Below, piece by piece: positions 27,342 through 37,560 of a stretch of DNA of 50,629 nucleotides (the stretch's first letter is position 1; each line of letters opens with the position of its first letter). Position numbers and translations under genes: made by a program. The notes under the pieces are model-generated. The model worked only from the letters and a program-made list of their open reading frames with translations, was not told where the DNA came from and ran no database searches. The stretch lies in sequence record SRR31156797_2106. One strand, 5' to 3'.

Positions 27342-28030
27342 TTCACTTGTAATTTCAATTCAGAAAGAAACAGTTCTAAATTTTCAGTAATTCCATCACT
27401 CATTTTCTCATTTGTTGAATGGTTTAATAAAGAATTTTCAATTCTGTCTACCACATAATACCATTGAATCAATTTCACCTCTTCTTTTAGGCAGATGTAT
27501 AAAAGATTTGCAGCTTCCATACTAATTACATCAGGATAATTTTTAAGATAGCTGTTAGAAATATCGTGAAGTTTAGATGGAATATTATTGCAAGTAATGC
27601 CGCTTACCTTTCTAAATTGCTGAAACAAATCAGGTAAAATGAAATGATTCTCCAATATTTCATCCTTAAATGGTAATTCGTTTTTCTTTCGGATTTTCTG
27701 ATCAAACAATGATTCGAATTCACTTCCCGTTCCAAATCCCATATCCCCAAAATAATCATCGATAATGCAAACAAAATTATCTACTTCTACTTGATCCTTT
27801 AAAGAGAAACATTTTCCAATTTGTAATACCAGATTGTATTTTTCAGATGTAATCGCCTTTGTCAATTCATAAGTAGCCATACTACCTCCAGATCCTGTAA
27901 TAAGGATATCCAATTGACGATCATCATATTTAAATCGCGCATAATTAGCCCCTAAGTTTTCCACAAGAATTAACTTTCCTATGAAATTCTTTAGACTCTC
28001 AAAACCATCAGTTACTATTAAAATATCCAT
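27338..28030 (-). CDS. Purine/uridine phosphorylase-fold protein, divergent futalosine hydrolase (MqnB)-like
   Basis: LDILITGSG, YNLVLQIG, FGDMG, SGITCN, SMEAANLLYIC spacing matches the MqnB/MTAN fold. Confidence 0.55.
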   Translation of the reverse strand: MDILIVTDGFESLKNFIGKLILVENLGANYARFKYDDRQLDILITGSGGSMATYELTKAITSEKYNLVLQIGKCFSLKDQVEVDNFVCIIDDYFGDMGFGTGSEFESLFDQKIRKKNELPFKDEILENHFILPDLFQQFRKVSGITCNNIPSKLHDISNSYLKNYPDVISMEAANLLYICLKEEVKLIQWYYVVDRIENSLLNHSTNEKMSDGITENLELFLSELKLQVN

Positions 28031-28140
28031 CAATGCAAGAACTTAGCTAAAACAAAGCACGTAAAAGTTTGTTATATAGGTGAAATTTATACTTATTTTG
28101 CAGATCGAAAGATCGACTTAAATTAAAACACAAAGTACGA

Positions 28141-28767
28141 ATGGAATTTTCAATCAACGGACAAGAAAATAAGGGATTCACAAAAATAGAAAAATACGAT
28201 CAGGAAACCATAGAAGAACTGATGTATCACTATAAAAAAGTATTGGAATTACTTGGTGAAGACGCGGAACGTGAAGGTCTGGAAAAAACTCCTTTGCGTG
28301 TTGCAAAAGCAATGCAATTTTTAACACAAGGATATCATATTAAGCCGGAAGATATTTTACGATCGGCAATGTTTAAGGAAGATTACAAGCAAATGGTAAT
28401 CGTGAAAGATATCGAAGTTTATTCGATGTGTGAACATCACATGTTACCTTTTGTTGGAAGAGCTCATGTTGCCTATATTCCAAATGGTCACATTACCGGA
28501 TTAAGCAAAATTGCTCGTGTTGTTGATGCTTTTGCTCGTCGTTTACAAGTTCAGGAAAGATTAACTACACAAATTAAAGACTGCATTCAGGATACTTTAA
28601 ATCCTTTAGGAGTTGCTGTTGTTATAGAAGCTCAACACATGTGCATGTCTATGCGAGGTGTTCAAAAACAAAATTCAATAACAACAACCTCCGACTTTAC
28701 AGGTGCGTTCGAGAAAGTTGCAACTCGTGAAGAGTTTATACGACTAATATCTGCGAAGACAATCTAA
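28141..28767 (+). CDS. folE: GTP cyclohydrolase I
   Basis: [46 protein letters not shown]. Confidence 0.97.
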   Translation: MEFSINGQENKGFTKIEKYDQETIEELMYHYKKVLELLGEDAEREGLEKTPLRVAKAMQFLTQGYHIKPEDILRSAMFKEDYKQMVIVKDIEVYSMCEHHMLPFVGRAHVAYIPNGHITGLSKIARVVDAFARRLQVQERLTTQIKDCIQDTLNPLGVAVVIEAQHMCMSMRGVQKQNSITTTSDFTGAFEKVATREEFIRLISAKTI

Positions 28768-28928
28768 AATAAATAATACTTAGGGTACTTCGATATTAAT
28801 CCGTTGGCATAAAGCAAACTAAAATTGCACATTGCGAACGGATTAGATATCTTTGTGCCCGAATAATTCAAAACTTACCATGATGATTGATCCGTATAGC
28901 GGATTAAACATTTAAATTGAGAATGAAT

Positions 28929-29819
28929 ATGAAAGCATATGTATTTCCGGGACAAGGTGCCCAATTTGTTGGTATGGGAAAAGACCTATACGAAAATTCG
29001 GAACTTGCTAAGGAACTTTTCGAAAAAGCGAATGAAATTCTAGGTTTCCGCATTACAGATTTAATGTTTGAGGGAACTGACGAAGATCTAAGACAAACAA
29101 AAGTAACTCAGCCTGCAATTTTCTTGCACTCTGTTATTCTTGCTAAAACTTTAGGTGAAGATTTCAAACCTGAAATGGTTGCTGGTCACTCTTTAGGTGA
29201 ATTTTCTGCATTGGTTGCTAATGGAGCTCTATCTTTCGAAGATGGTCTTAAATTGGTTTCTCAACGAGCTATGGCTATGCAAAAAGCTTGTGAAGTTGAG
29301 CCTTCAACTATGGCAGCAATCATCGGTTTAGATGATGAAACTGTTGAGAAAGTTTGTGCTGAAATCGATGAAATCGTTGTTCCTGCAAACTTTAACTGCC
29401 CAGGTCAGTTGGTAATTTCTGGTAGCATGAAAGGTATCGAAGTTGCTTGCGAAAAATTAAAAGAAGCTGGCGCTAAGAGAGCTTTACCATTGAAAGTTGG
29501 AGGTGCATTCCACTCTCCTTTAATGGAACCTGCTCGTGTTGAGTTGGAAGAAGCTATTGAGAATACAACTTTTGCAACTCCAACCTGTGCTGTTTACCAG
29601 AATGTAAATGCAAAGCCTATTACCGATCCAGCTGAGATCAAAAAGAACTTGGTTGCTCAGTTAACTGCTCCTGTTCGTTTTACTCAAACTATGGTGAACA
29701 TGATTGCTGATGGTGCTTCTTCGTTTACAGAAGTAGGTCCAGGAAAAGTAATCCAAGGTTTAGTAAAGAAAGTAGATCGTAAGATGGAAACTGCTGGTGT
29801 AGATTCTTATCAAGGATAA
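28929..29819 (+). CDS. fabD: Malonyl-CoA:ACP transacylase
   Basis: FPGQGAQ, TQPAIF, GHSLGE, GAFHS, EVGPG; -7 box TATCTTTG at 28848-28855. Confidence 0.97.
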   Translation: MKAYVFPGQGAQFVGMGKDLYENSELAKELFEKANEILGFRITDLMFEGTDEDLRQTKVTQPAIFLHSVILAKTLGEDFKPEMVAGHSLGEFSALVANGALSFEDGLKLVSQRAMAMQKACEVEPSTMAAIIGLDDETVEKVCAEIDEIVVPANFNCPGQLVISGSMKGIEVACEKLKEAGAKRALPLKVGGAFHSPLMEPARVELEEAIENTTFATPTCAVYQNVNAKPITDPAEIKKNLVAQLTAPVRFTQTMVNMIADGASSFTEVGPGKVIQGLVKKVDRKMETAGVDSYQG

Positions 29820-29839
29820 AAACTTACGTTAAGATATTG

Positions 29840-29903
29840 AAAAGCTGTTCAGAAGAACAGCTTTTTTTATGCAATAAAAAAGGAGGCTTATCGCCTCCTT
29901 TTA
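29840..29903. terminator. Two back-to-back terminators for the convergent fabD and PEP-synthase-like genes
   Basis: AAAGCTGTTC/GAACAGCTTT with T-run, and AAAAGGAGGC/GCCTCCTTTT. Confidence 0.85.
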
Positions 29904-29904
29904 T

Positions 29905-32880
29905 TTATTTATAACTAATTACACTAGTTTGTTTCTTTCCATCCATTAAAATCTCCAATGGTTCTTTAAAACGAACGTGTTTAAAGTAATGCATTTGTTC
30001 TATCTTCTCCTGCTTCTCCAATAACTCCATATTTACAAAATTCTGCTCCGAATTGTTCTTTATAGAGAAATACCCCACATTCATTGAGGTTACATTGTGG
30101 AAAAAATGTGATCCTAAGGAAGCATCCAAAGGAAAATCTTCCAATCCTTGTTCCACAATCACCTTAGCATTAGAAATTTGAGACCAAAGTACCGGAATTC
30201 CAGTAAATTTATCTCTAGTTCCCCAACGACCTGGTCCGAAAAGAACATACTGTCGATCTTGTTCTTTCATTTTCTGATTCAACACAGCCATCTCCTCTGC
30301 CATTTCTTCAGTTTTGATTCTGTCGAACTTATCGAAATCCATATAAATTACATCGCGGATATGATCTACTTTACCATTCCCCATTCCTTTGTTGGCTAAC
30401 ATTACCAACTTATTGCGCTCTACTTTCGACAGATCAATATCAACACTCATTTCCTGACGAATCAATGGTTTAATCTGTAACAAGTGGAAAGTCGGATTAT
30501 GATCTTTACCTTTTGTAAGATCAACAGCAAATTCGATTTCAACCGGCGCTCCCATTGCTTGTTTAAAGATATTCAACATCACGCTAAGCGCATGAGCAAT
30601 AGGCACCTGGTTGTATTTTAAAATATTCGCAAAATCAACAACACGAGGACCTCTTAAAGACAAATCTGGCTCTAAGCGATCATTCTGAAAATCGTAAACC
30701 GATGCACAGTGCAATAGATTTCCATCTTTTTCAGCTTCAGATAATTCGTATTTAATAGTTACAGCATCTTCACCATCTTTAATTAAGTCGATATCCTCTT
30801 TTTGCATATCAATTGCATAGAAATACTTTTGAGAATCTTTCATTTGATCCTCGATAGATGCCAACTGCAATTTTGGATGTTCCGGACAAAATCGATGTGT
30901 TTTCTCGCCACCAACAACATATTTACCCAACCCAATGGCAACTACTGCAAAACCATCCTCTGGTTTCATATAAGAAAATGGGTAGTAATTGTAAGATTGC
31001 GCTACACCACTAATATTTGGATAATATTTGCCATTGTATTCTTGTCCAACTACCTCCTGGATAATTACAGCCATTTTCTCCTCCTCAATCTTATAATCAA
31101 CTGCACTGAAATAAGATTGCGCTTCAGGAGTGAATATTGAAGCATAAATCAATTTAATTGCGGTAATTAACTGATTGTATCTGACTTCAATATCAGAATC
31201 ATTATTTGGCAATAAATAAGTTGCATAAACCCCAGCAAATGGCTGCATTAAAGAATCCTCAAACAAACCTGAAGAACGAACAGCAATTGGCTTTTTCATT
31301 TCTTCAAGGTATTGACGTAGTTTCTTTCCTAATTTCTCTGGAATATCTCCTTTTAGAAACAGTTCCTTTACCTTCTTGTAATTTTTATCAAGATAAATCT
31401 GATCGTAAAGATTGTTCTTCTCAATAAAATTATCATACTCATCAACACCAATAATTGCGGTTTGAGGAATAGATATATTGATATCTTTTATTAAACGCTT
31501 AAAATAAATGTTTTCAATAAAGTTGCTCAAGAAAGCCAAACCTCTACCTTTTCCTCCAAGCGATCCTCTACCCAAACGAACAATATAATGATTAGAATTT
31601 ACAATATTAGGTCTGAATCTAATGATTCTCCCTCTCAATTGCTTGATTCGTGAAGCTTCGAATACATCTAAACAGAATTTCCTAAGGTCTTTTACCGATT
31701 TAAAATCTTCGATTTGATAACGTCGTAATTTCTTGGCTACATTAATTTCACCACGCGCCATTAACCAGGTAGAAATACCATTTCGCTTTGAGTGAAACAA
31801 AAGAGATTCATCGGGAATGTATTTTAATTTTTCCTCAAACTCCTCCATCGATTTAGCAACAGCAACGCGTGTTCCACTTTGATTACGAAATACAAAATCA
31901 CCAAAACCTAATTTGGTATAAATAAAGTTGTAAATATCTAAAGCTAATGTATCACTGTTTTTATTGATAAAATCAGCATCTACCTGCATTGCTCTTATAG
32001 CATTATCGGTATCATGTGATTGCATTAAACATGGTATTTTCATGTTTTTAGCCTGCACATATTTAATCAAATCAACACCAGAGTCATCATCTAATTTGCC
32101 ATTACGAGCAAAGCGAACATCTGAAATCACACACAATAAATTATCCAGATATTTATCAACAACATCCACAGCATCTTCAAAAGTACTTACCAAAATAACT
32201 TTTGGTCGGGCTCTCATTTTCAGGATTTTATGAAGTTCATCAATATCTCCTTCATCAGAAATAACTTTCTGTGTTTGTGTCATTACCGATGTGTACAACA
32301 GTGGAAGGTATCTGGAATAGTATTTCACTGAATCCTCAGCGAGCAATATCACACGAACATCTCCACTTTTAGTATCTGTTTCCAGGTTCATTTTATCCTC
32401 GATATACTTGGTCATAGCCATAAATATCTTGGTTGAACCATTCCAAACAAAAACACGGTCGATATTGTTCTTTATTTTATCAGCAGCGCGATCGAAATAA
32501 GCCAAATCACTATTATTATTCACTAAAACCAAAACCGGAATTTCGGAATTTACTGTTTTGATTTGTTGACTTAACTCTAAAGGAGACTGCTTATCCAAAC
32601 CAGCCATCAAGATCACCATATCATAATGACGATTCTCAAGTGCTTCTAAAGCCTCTTCATTAGTGGCAACACTTGTAAATCGAGGTGCAGCATACAAGTT
32701 TAATTGCAAATATTCACCAACAATTTTATCTGAAAATTGCCCTTCCCTTACAATGGTATAAGCATCGTAATAGGTTGCTATTAAAAGAATTTCCTTTACC
32801 TTATAAGGCATCAATTCCTGAAATATATCCCGATCGTTCTTCTTCCTTTTATAAATTTTAGAAATCGAAATCTCTTCCAT
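29905..32880 (-). CDS. Receiver-domain / PEP synthase-PPDK N-terminal (ATP-grasp) fusion protein
   Basis: GGKGRGL, AVRSSGLFEDS, FAGVYAT, MAVIIQE, EIEFA, LLQIKP; N-terminal CheY-like segments. Confidence 0.85.
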   Translation of the reverse strand: MEEISISKIYKRKKNDRDIFQELMPYKVKEILLIATYYDAYTIVREGQFSDKIVGEYLQLNLYAAPRFTSVATNEEALEALENRHYDMVILMAGLDKQSPLELSQQIKTVNSEIPVLVLVNNNSDLAYFDRAADKIKNNIDRVFVWNGSTKIFMAMTKYIEDKMNLETDTKSGDVRVILLAEDSVKYYSRYLPLLYTSVMTQTQKVISDEGDIDELHKILKMRARPKVILVSTFEDAVDVVDKYLDNLLCVISDVRFARNGKLDDDSGVDLIKYVQAKNMKIPCLMQSHDTDNAIRAMQVDADFINKNSDTLALDIYNFIYTKLGFGDFVFRNQSGTRVAVAKSMEEFEEKLKYIPDESLLFHSKRNGISTWLMARGEINVAKKLRRYQIEDFKSVKDLRKFCLDVFEASRIKQLRGRIIRFRPNIVNSNHYIVRLGRGSLGGKGRGLAFLSNFIENIYFKRLIKDINISIPQTAIIGVDEYDNFIEKNNLYDQIYLDKNYKKVKELFLKGDIPEKLGKKLRQYLEEMKKPIAVRSSGLFEDSLMQPFAGVYATYLLPNNDSDIEVRYNQLITAIKLIYASIFTPEAQSYFSAVDYKIEEEKMAVIIQEVVGQEYNGKYYPNISGVAQSYNYYPFSYMKPEDGFAVVAIGLGKYVVGGEKTHRFCPEHPKLQLASIEDQMKDSQKYFYAIDMQKEDIDLIKDGEDAVTIKYELSEAEKDGNLLHCASVYDFQNDRLEPDLSLRGPRVVDFANILKYNQVPIAHALSVMLNIFKQAMGAPVEIEFAVDLTKGKDHNPTFHLLQIKPLIRQEMSVDIDLSKVERNKLVMLANKGMGNGKVDHIRDVIYMDFDKFDRIKTEEMAEEMAVLNQKMKEQDRQYVLFGPGRWGTRDKFTGIPVLWSQISNAKVIVEQGLEDFPLDASLGSHFFHNVTSMNVGYFSIKNNSEQNFVNMELLEKQEKIEQMHYFKHVRFKEPLEILMDGKKQTSVISYK

Positions 32881-33077
32881 ATTAGGTGTTGTTTATATTT
32901 TGAATGTGTTTGTTTTCCTGGTATAATTATCCTTACAAAATACTAATAATATTGTGGTTTACAATCTGTTTTTAAAACACATTATTTCGCTTGAACAATA
33001 TTAATATTTACTATTTTAGAATGATTTTTATCTTAAAAAAAGGTTGCCGAAAATAGGTAAAAAAATCCATAAAAAAC

Positions 33078-33104
33078 AAAGAGGAAACTCATGGTTTCCT
33101 CTTT
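33078..33104 (-). terminator. Terminator after the oxidoreductase beta gene
   Basis: AAAGAGGAAAC / GTTTCCTCTTT stem. Confidence 0.8.
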
Positions 33105-33129
33105 ACTATAATATCTATAAAATAAAATC

Positions 33130-34170
33130 TTATTCTACTTTCCAGGTATCACCGCTATTAAGCAAGTCATCCATACACTTAATAGATGCTTGTGCTTTAA
33201 TATCCTTGATCTGTTGAACCATTTTTTCTTCATAAGAGAGAGCGGCAACATCTCGAATAACACCAAGTGCTACCGGATATTCAGGAGCTGTCATATTAGA
33301 CAACAACCAGTGCATATGCGGATCTGGATTGTGAGCATCATGAATTAAAATATCCTGCTCGCCAATTCCATGTTCGCCAATTGTTACTACAACCAACTTA
33401 CCATTTCCTCCCATTACAAGACCTTTATTACGCTCCTTACCAAAGATCATTCTTTCGCCGTGACGTAAAGTCAGCTGAAAATCATCCTTTGTGTTTCTAT
33501 CTGTGATTTGGGCATGAGCTCCATCATTATAGATCACACAATTTTGCAGTACTTCTACAATTGAAGTTCCTCTATGCTTGGATGCATCTAAAAGAATTTC
33601 TGTCGTCAACTTGATATTGGTATCAATTGATCGTGCATAAAATTTAGATTGTGCACCCAATGCCAGTTCTGCTGGATGAAAAGGTTGCTCGATAGTACCA
33701 AAAGGAGAAGTTTTTGTAACCATTCCCTGTTTAGAGGTTGGTGAATACTGTCCCTTTGTAAGACCATAAATCTCATTGTTGAAAAGAAGAATAGTCATAT
33801 CAATATTTCTACGAACGGCATGAATAAAGTGATTACCACCAATTGCTAATGCATCACCATCACCAGAAACCTGAAGAATTTCAAGATCCGGATTAGCAGA
33901 TTTTACACCAGATGCAATTGCTGCGGCTCTACCATGAATTGAATGAAAACCGTAGGTATCCATATAATATGGAAAACGAGATGAACAACCAATACCAGAA
34001 ATTACAGCAAATTTTTCCTTTGGAATTTCCAAAGCTGCCATTGCCTTTTGCACTGAATTCAGAACTCCATGATCTCCACATCCAGGACACCATCTAACTT
34101 CCTGATCACTCTTAAAATCTTTTGGAGTCAATTTTTCAGGAGCTGCTTGCTTTAATAATGAATCTGCCAT
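33130..34170 (-). CDS. korB: 2-oxoacid:ferredoxin oxidoreductase beta subunit
   Basis: WCPGCGD, SGIGCSSR, HGRA, GDGD, NNEIYGLTKGQ (TPP binding); substrate specificity not determinable. Confidence 0.9.
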   Translation of the reverse strand: MADSLLKQAAPEKLTPKDFKSDQEVRWCPGCGDHGVLNSVQKAMAALEIPKEKFAVISGIGCSSRFPYYMDTYGFHSIHGRAAAIASGVKSANPDLEILQVSGDGDALAIGGNHFIHAVRRNIDMTILLFNNEIYGLTKGQYSPTSKQGMVTKTSPFGTIEQPFHPAELALGAQSKFYARSIDTNIKLTTEILLDASKHRGTSIVEVLQNCVIYNDGAHAQITDRNTKDDFQLTLRHGERMIFGKERNKGLVMGGNGKLVVVTIGEHGIGEQDILIHDAHNPDPHMHWLLSNMTAPEYPVALGVIRDVAALSYEEKMVQQIKDIKAQASIKCMDDLLNSGDTWKVE

Positions 34171-34172
34171 GA

Positions 34173-36017
34173 TTATTTCTCCTCCAATAATTCGTTAAAC
34201 CTCTTCTTTAATTCCAAAACTGTAAATGGTAATCCTTGTAATTTATTGTATTGGTGAAATTTAATATCCTGGAAAGAACTACGTAAATACTCCGCAAATT
34301 GTCCATCGTTCAATTCACAAACAATAACTTTTTTATATCGACTTAATACCTCTTCGGTATTCTTTGGCAATGGGAAAATATAATGGAAATGAGCAAGTGC
34401 AATGTCTTTACCATCCGCAATTAACTCTCTTACTGCCGTAGTTAAGTGACCATAGGTTCCACCCCATCCAACAACTAAAACCTCAGCATTGTCATCACCT
34501 TTTACTGGTAAATCAGGAATGAAATTAGCCACACGGCGAATTCTTTCCGATCTGATATCAGTCATTACCTGATGATTCTCTGGAACATAAGACACTGTAC
34601 CAACTACATCCATTTTTTCTAGTCCTCCAATTCTGTGTTCTAATCCTTTAGTTCCTGGTACAGCCCACTTTCTCGCAAGTTTCTCTTCATCTCTTGCATA
34701 TGGCAGATAATCTTCACCTTCTTTTGCGATAGGTACATTAATATCCGATAAATCAGCCATTTTCGGAATACGCCAAGGTTCAGCTCCATTTGCCAAGAAT
34801 CCATCGGTAAGCAATATAACAGGAGTCATATGCTCTAATGCAATCTTACTTGCTCGGTATGCATACTCGAAACAATTAGATGGAGTACTAGCCGCAATTA
34901 CCGGCATTGGACACTCACCACTTCTTCCGTGAATAGCTTGCATTAAATCTGATTGCTCAGTTTTGGTTGGTAAACCTGTTGATGGTCCACCACGCTGAAC
35001 ATTTACAATGACCAATGGTAACTCTGTCATCACAGCTAAACCAGCTGCTTCTGTTTTTAATGCTAATCCTGGTCCTGATGTAGTCGTAACTGCAAAATTT
35101 CCGGCAAAACTAGCACCAATTGCAGTACAAATTCCAGCAATTTCGTCTTCAGCCTGGAATGTCTTTACACCCAAATCTTTTCTAGCGGCTAACTCCTGAA
35201 GAATTTCAGTAGCAGGCGTAATAGGATAAGATCCACAAAATAGTTCCAATCCTGCTTTCTCAGCTGCTGCAATCAATCCCCAGGCAGTTGCTTTATTACC
35301 TGTTATATTTCGATATGTACCCTTTTTAATTTTCGCTGGAGCAACACTAAAGTTATAAGCTAAAGCTTCAATAGTTTTAGCAAAATTAAATCCAGCACGT
35401 AATACTTTCTTATTCGCTTCAACAACTAGAGGATGCTTTTTAAACTTACTCCCGATAAACTCTTCAGTGTGATCTAATGGACGATCAAACATCCAATACA
35501 CCATACCTAAAGTAAACATGTTCTTACTTCGGATAATACTTTTTTGATCCAGTCCTGAATCCTTTAAACATTCTTTTGTTAGAGTAGTAACCTTAGCTTT
35601 AATTAGATTGTAATCCGCAAGCATATCATCCTGCAAAGGATCCGAATCATAACCAGCTTTTTCAAGATTCCTCTCTGTAAAACTATCTTCATTTACAATA
35701 ATGGTACCACTCGGCTTAACCCATCTTAAATTTGCTTTAAGTGCAGCTGGATTCATTGCTACCAATACATCTGCAAAATCACCAGGTGTATTCACCTCGC
35801 TGTGCCCAAAATGCAATTGGAATCCCGAAACACCACCTACTGTACCTTGTGGAGCTCTAATCTCCGCAGGATAATCAGGAAAGGTTGCTACATCATTTCC
35901 GAACAATGCGGAAGTATCAGAAAATTGAGTTCCTGTTAGCTGCATTCCATCTCCGGAATCTCCAGAAAATCGAATTACAACTTCTTCCTTTTCAATGACT
36001 TTTGTCTTTTGACTCAT
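34173..36017 (-). CDS. korA: 2-oxoacid:acceptor oxidoreductase alpha subunit (gamma-alpha fusion)
   Basis: GDSGDGMQLTG, YPAEIRAP, YPITPA, QAEDEIA, TSGPG, QRGGPSTGLPT. Confidence 0.92.
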   Translation of the reverse strand: MSQKTKVIEKEEVVIRFSGDSGDGMQLTGTQFSDTSALFGNDVATFPDYPAEIRAPQGTVGGVSGFQLHFGHSEVNTPGDFADVLVAMNPAALKANLRWVKPSGTIIVNEDSFTERNLEKAGYDSDPLQDDMLADYNLIKAKVTTLTKECLKDSGLDQKSIIRSKNMFTLGMVYWMFDRPLDHTEEFIGSKFKKHPLVVEANKKVLRAGFNFAKTIEALAYNFSVAPAKIKKGTYRNITGNKATAWGLIAAAEKAGLELFCGSYPITPATEILQELAARKDLGVKTFQAEDEIAGICTAIGASFAGNFAVTTTSGPGLALKTEAAGLAVMTELPLVIVNVQRGGPSTGLPTKTEQSDLMQAIHGRSGECPMPVIAASTPSNCFEYAYRASKIALEHMTPVILLTDGFLANGAEPWRIPKMADLSDINVPIAKEGEDYLPYARDEEKLARKWAVPGTKGLEHRIGGLEKMDVVGTVSYVPENHQVMTDIRSERIRRVANFIPDLPVKGDDNAEVLVVGWGGTYGHLTTAVRELIADGKDIALAHFHYIFPLPKNTEEVLSRYKKVIVCELNDGQFAEYLRSSFQDIKFHQYNKLQGLPFTVLELKKRFNELLEEK

Positions 36018-36309
36018 GACTGTTTGATTTAATCTTAGATTAAATTCTTCTGTTTTATTAGTTTATTGCTGTTGAATTTGTTTAACAACTATGTATGTAC
36101 TTCATGTTGTTTAACATGGATAAAGGTAGCGTTTCCCCTATTTTAGGCAAGAAAAGAAAAGAAATTTTACTGACTTTTTGCAAACGTTTGTGTAATACAA
36201 AGTTACGTTTAACTTATGTATATAATTTGCATTGTTTTTTAATTGATTAAGTCTGAATAAGAGTAAAAAATTCAATTATAAGGTAAATTTGGATAGAAGA
36301 AATACAAAA

Positions 36310-36339
36310 AAAGAGGGTAGTCAAATGACTACCCTCTTT
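36310..36339 (-). terminator. Terminator after the susD-like gene
   Basis: AAAGAGGGTAGTC / GACTACCCTCTTT 13-bp stem preceded by an A-run. Confidence 0.88.
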
Positions 36340-36358
36340 AAAGATTTAATACAATATA

Positions 36359-37549
36359 TTACTGAAGCAGTGGATTAGCATCAACCGCACCTTGTGGGTA
36401 TGGGAAACGATACGTTTCTCCAGCTAATTTAAGATCTTGCCATCTAGTCCATTCGAAAGACATTTCTAAACGTCTTTCATCATCAAGACTTAAAGCAGAA
36501 TTTCTTACAGCTTGCAACTCAGTTAATCGATTCGTATTACCAGCTTCAGCAGAAATTAAATACATTTCAGCGATTCTAGAAATCAATAAATCCGAATCAT
36601 CATTAGTTTTATACTTTTTAGAAAATACATATCCAGCATTAGCATCTTTACCTGCGATATCAAATAGAATACGTCTAGTATCATCAGCATCTAATAAAGC
36701 AACTAAATCATCTGCAGCTGCAAAACAGTTCCAAGTTACAGCAGCTGGACTCATAATCCAACCCCAAGAACCATTTTCTTCAGCTTTATTACCTGCAAAA
36801 CGCATAATTACTTCATTTGTTCTCTCCAGAGGATTAGCTGCTAAAGTAAAGTTACCTGAAGTAATAAGAGCTTCAGCCTCTTGACCTGCTTTAGACAACT
36901 CACCGTTTAAACGATAAATTCTAGCAAGTAATGCAGACGCAGCTTCTCGAGTCGGTACAGTTTGATTCGTAGCGACATCAGTTAAATCCATAGGATTCAT
37001 TTTTGCCTTAGCCTCAATTAAGTCAGCAATAATAAAATTTAATACTTCTTGCTTTGATGATGGAGCAATTTCCTTATTATCGTAATTTTCGTCAATTAAT
37101 GGTACACGATCATACAAATCATGTAATCTCATATAATTTAAAGCTCTACAAAACTTTGCTTTACCAACTTGATCATCAGTTGCCGAAGGTACAGTAATAA
37201 TAGTATTGGCTCTTGAAATACCTGTATAATAATCCTTATACTGATAGCTCAACAAAATATCATCAGCTGGTACTTTGTGCTCATACATGTATTGAACCTG
37301 GTACCATTGAAATTTAACAGGCTTAAAGTTATCAGCCAAAATACCTGGTGCCATGATATTAAAATATGCATAACCACTAGGTTCCATCATTCGCTGGTAT
37401 AGCCCAGTTAATAATTTATCTACATCTTCTTCAGCCAAAGGTGCTGTTGCCGATAGTGATGCTTCTGAAAGAATCTCTAGATCATCCTCACATGAGAATA
37501 ATGTACTAGACATAGTCAGAATTAATATATATAATAAATACTTTCTCAT
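36359..37549 (-). CDS. SusD/RagB family outer membrane lipoprotein (short, 396 aa)
   Basis: Lipobox LFSC-EDDL, YTGISRAN, AKFCRA, ALLARIY, RIAEMYLISAEA, ERRLEMSFE, RWQDL. Confidence 0.9.
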   Translation of the reverse strand: MRKYLLYILILTMSSTLFSCEDDLEILSEASLSATAPLAEEDVDKLLTGLYQRMMEPSGYAYFNIMAPGILADNFKPVKFQWYQVQYMYEHKVPADDILLSYQYKDYYTGISRANTIITVPSATDDQVGKAKFCRALNYMRLHDLYDRVPLIDENYDNKEIAPSSKQEVLNFIIADLIEAKAKMNPMDLTDVATNQTVPTREAASALLARIYRLNGELSKAGQEAEALITSGNFTLAANPLERTNEVIMRFAGNKAEENGSWGWIMSPAAVTWNCFAAADDLVALLDADDTRRILFDIAGKDANAGYVFSKKYKTNDDSDLLISRIAEMYLISAEAGNTNRLTELQAVRNSALSLDDERRLEMSFEWTRWQDLKLAGETYRFPYPQGAVDANPLLQ

Positions 37550-37560
37550 AATAATCTTAA

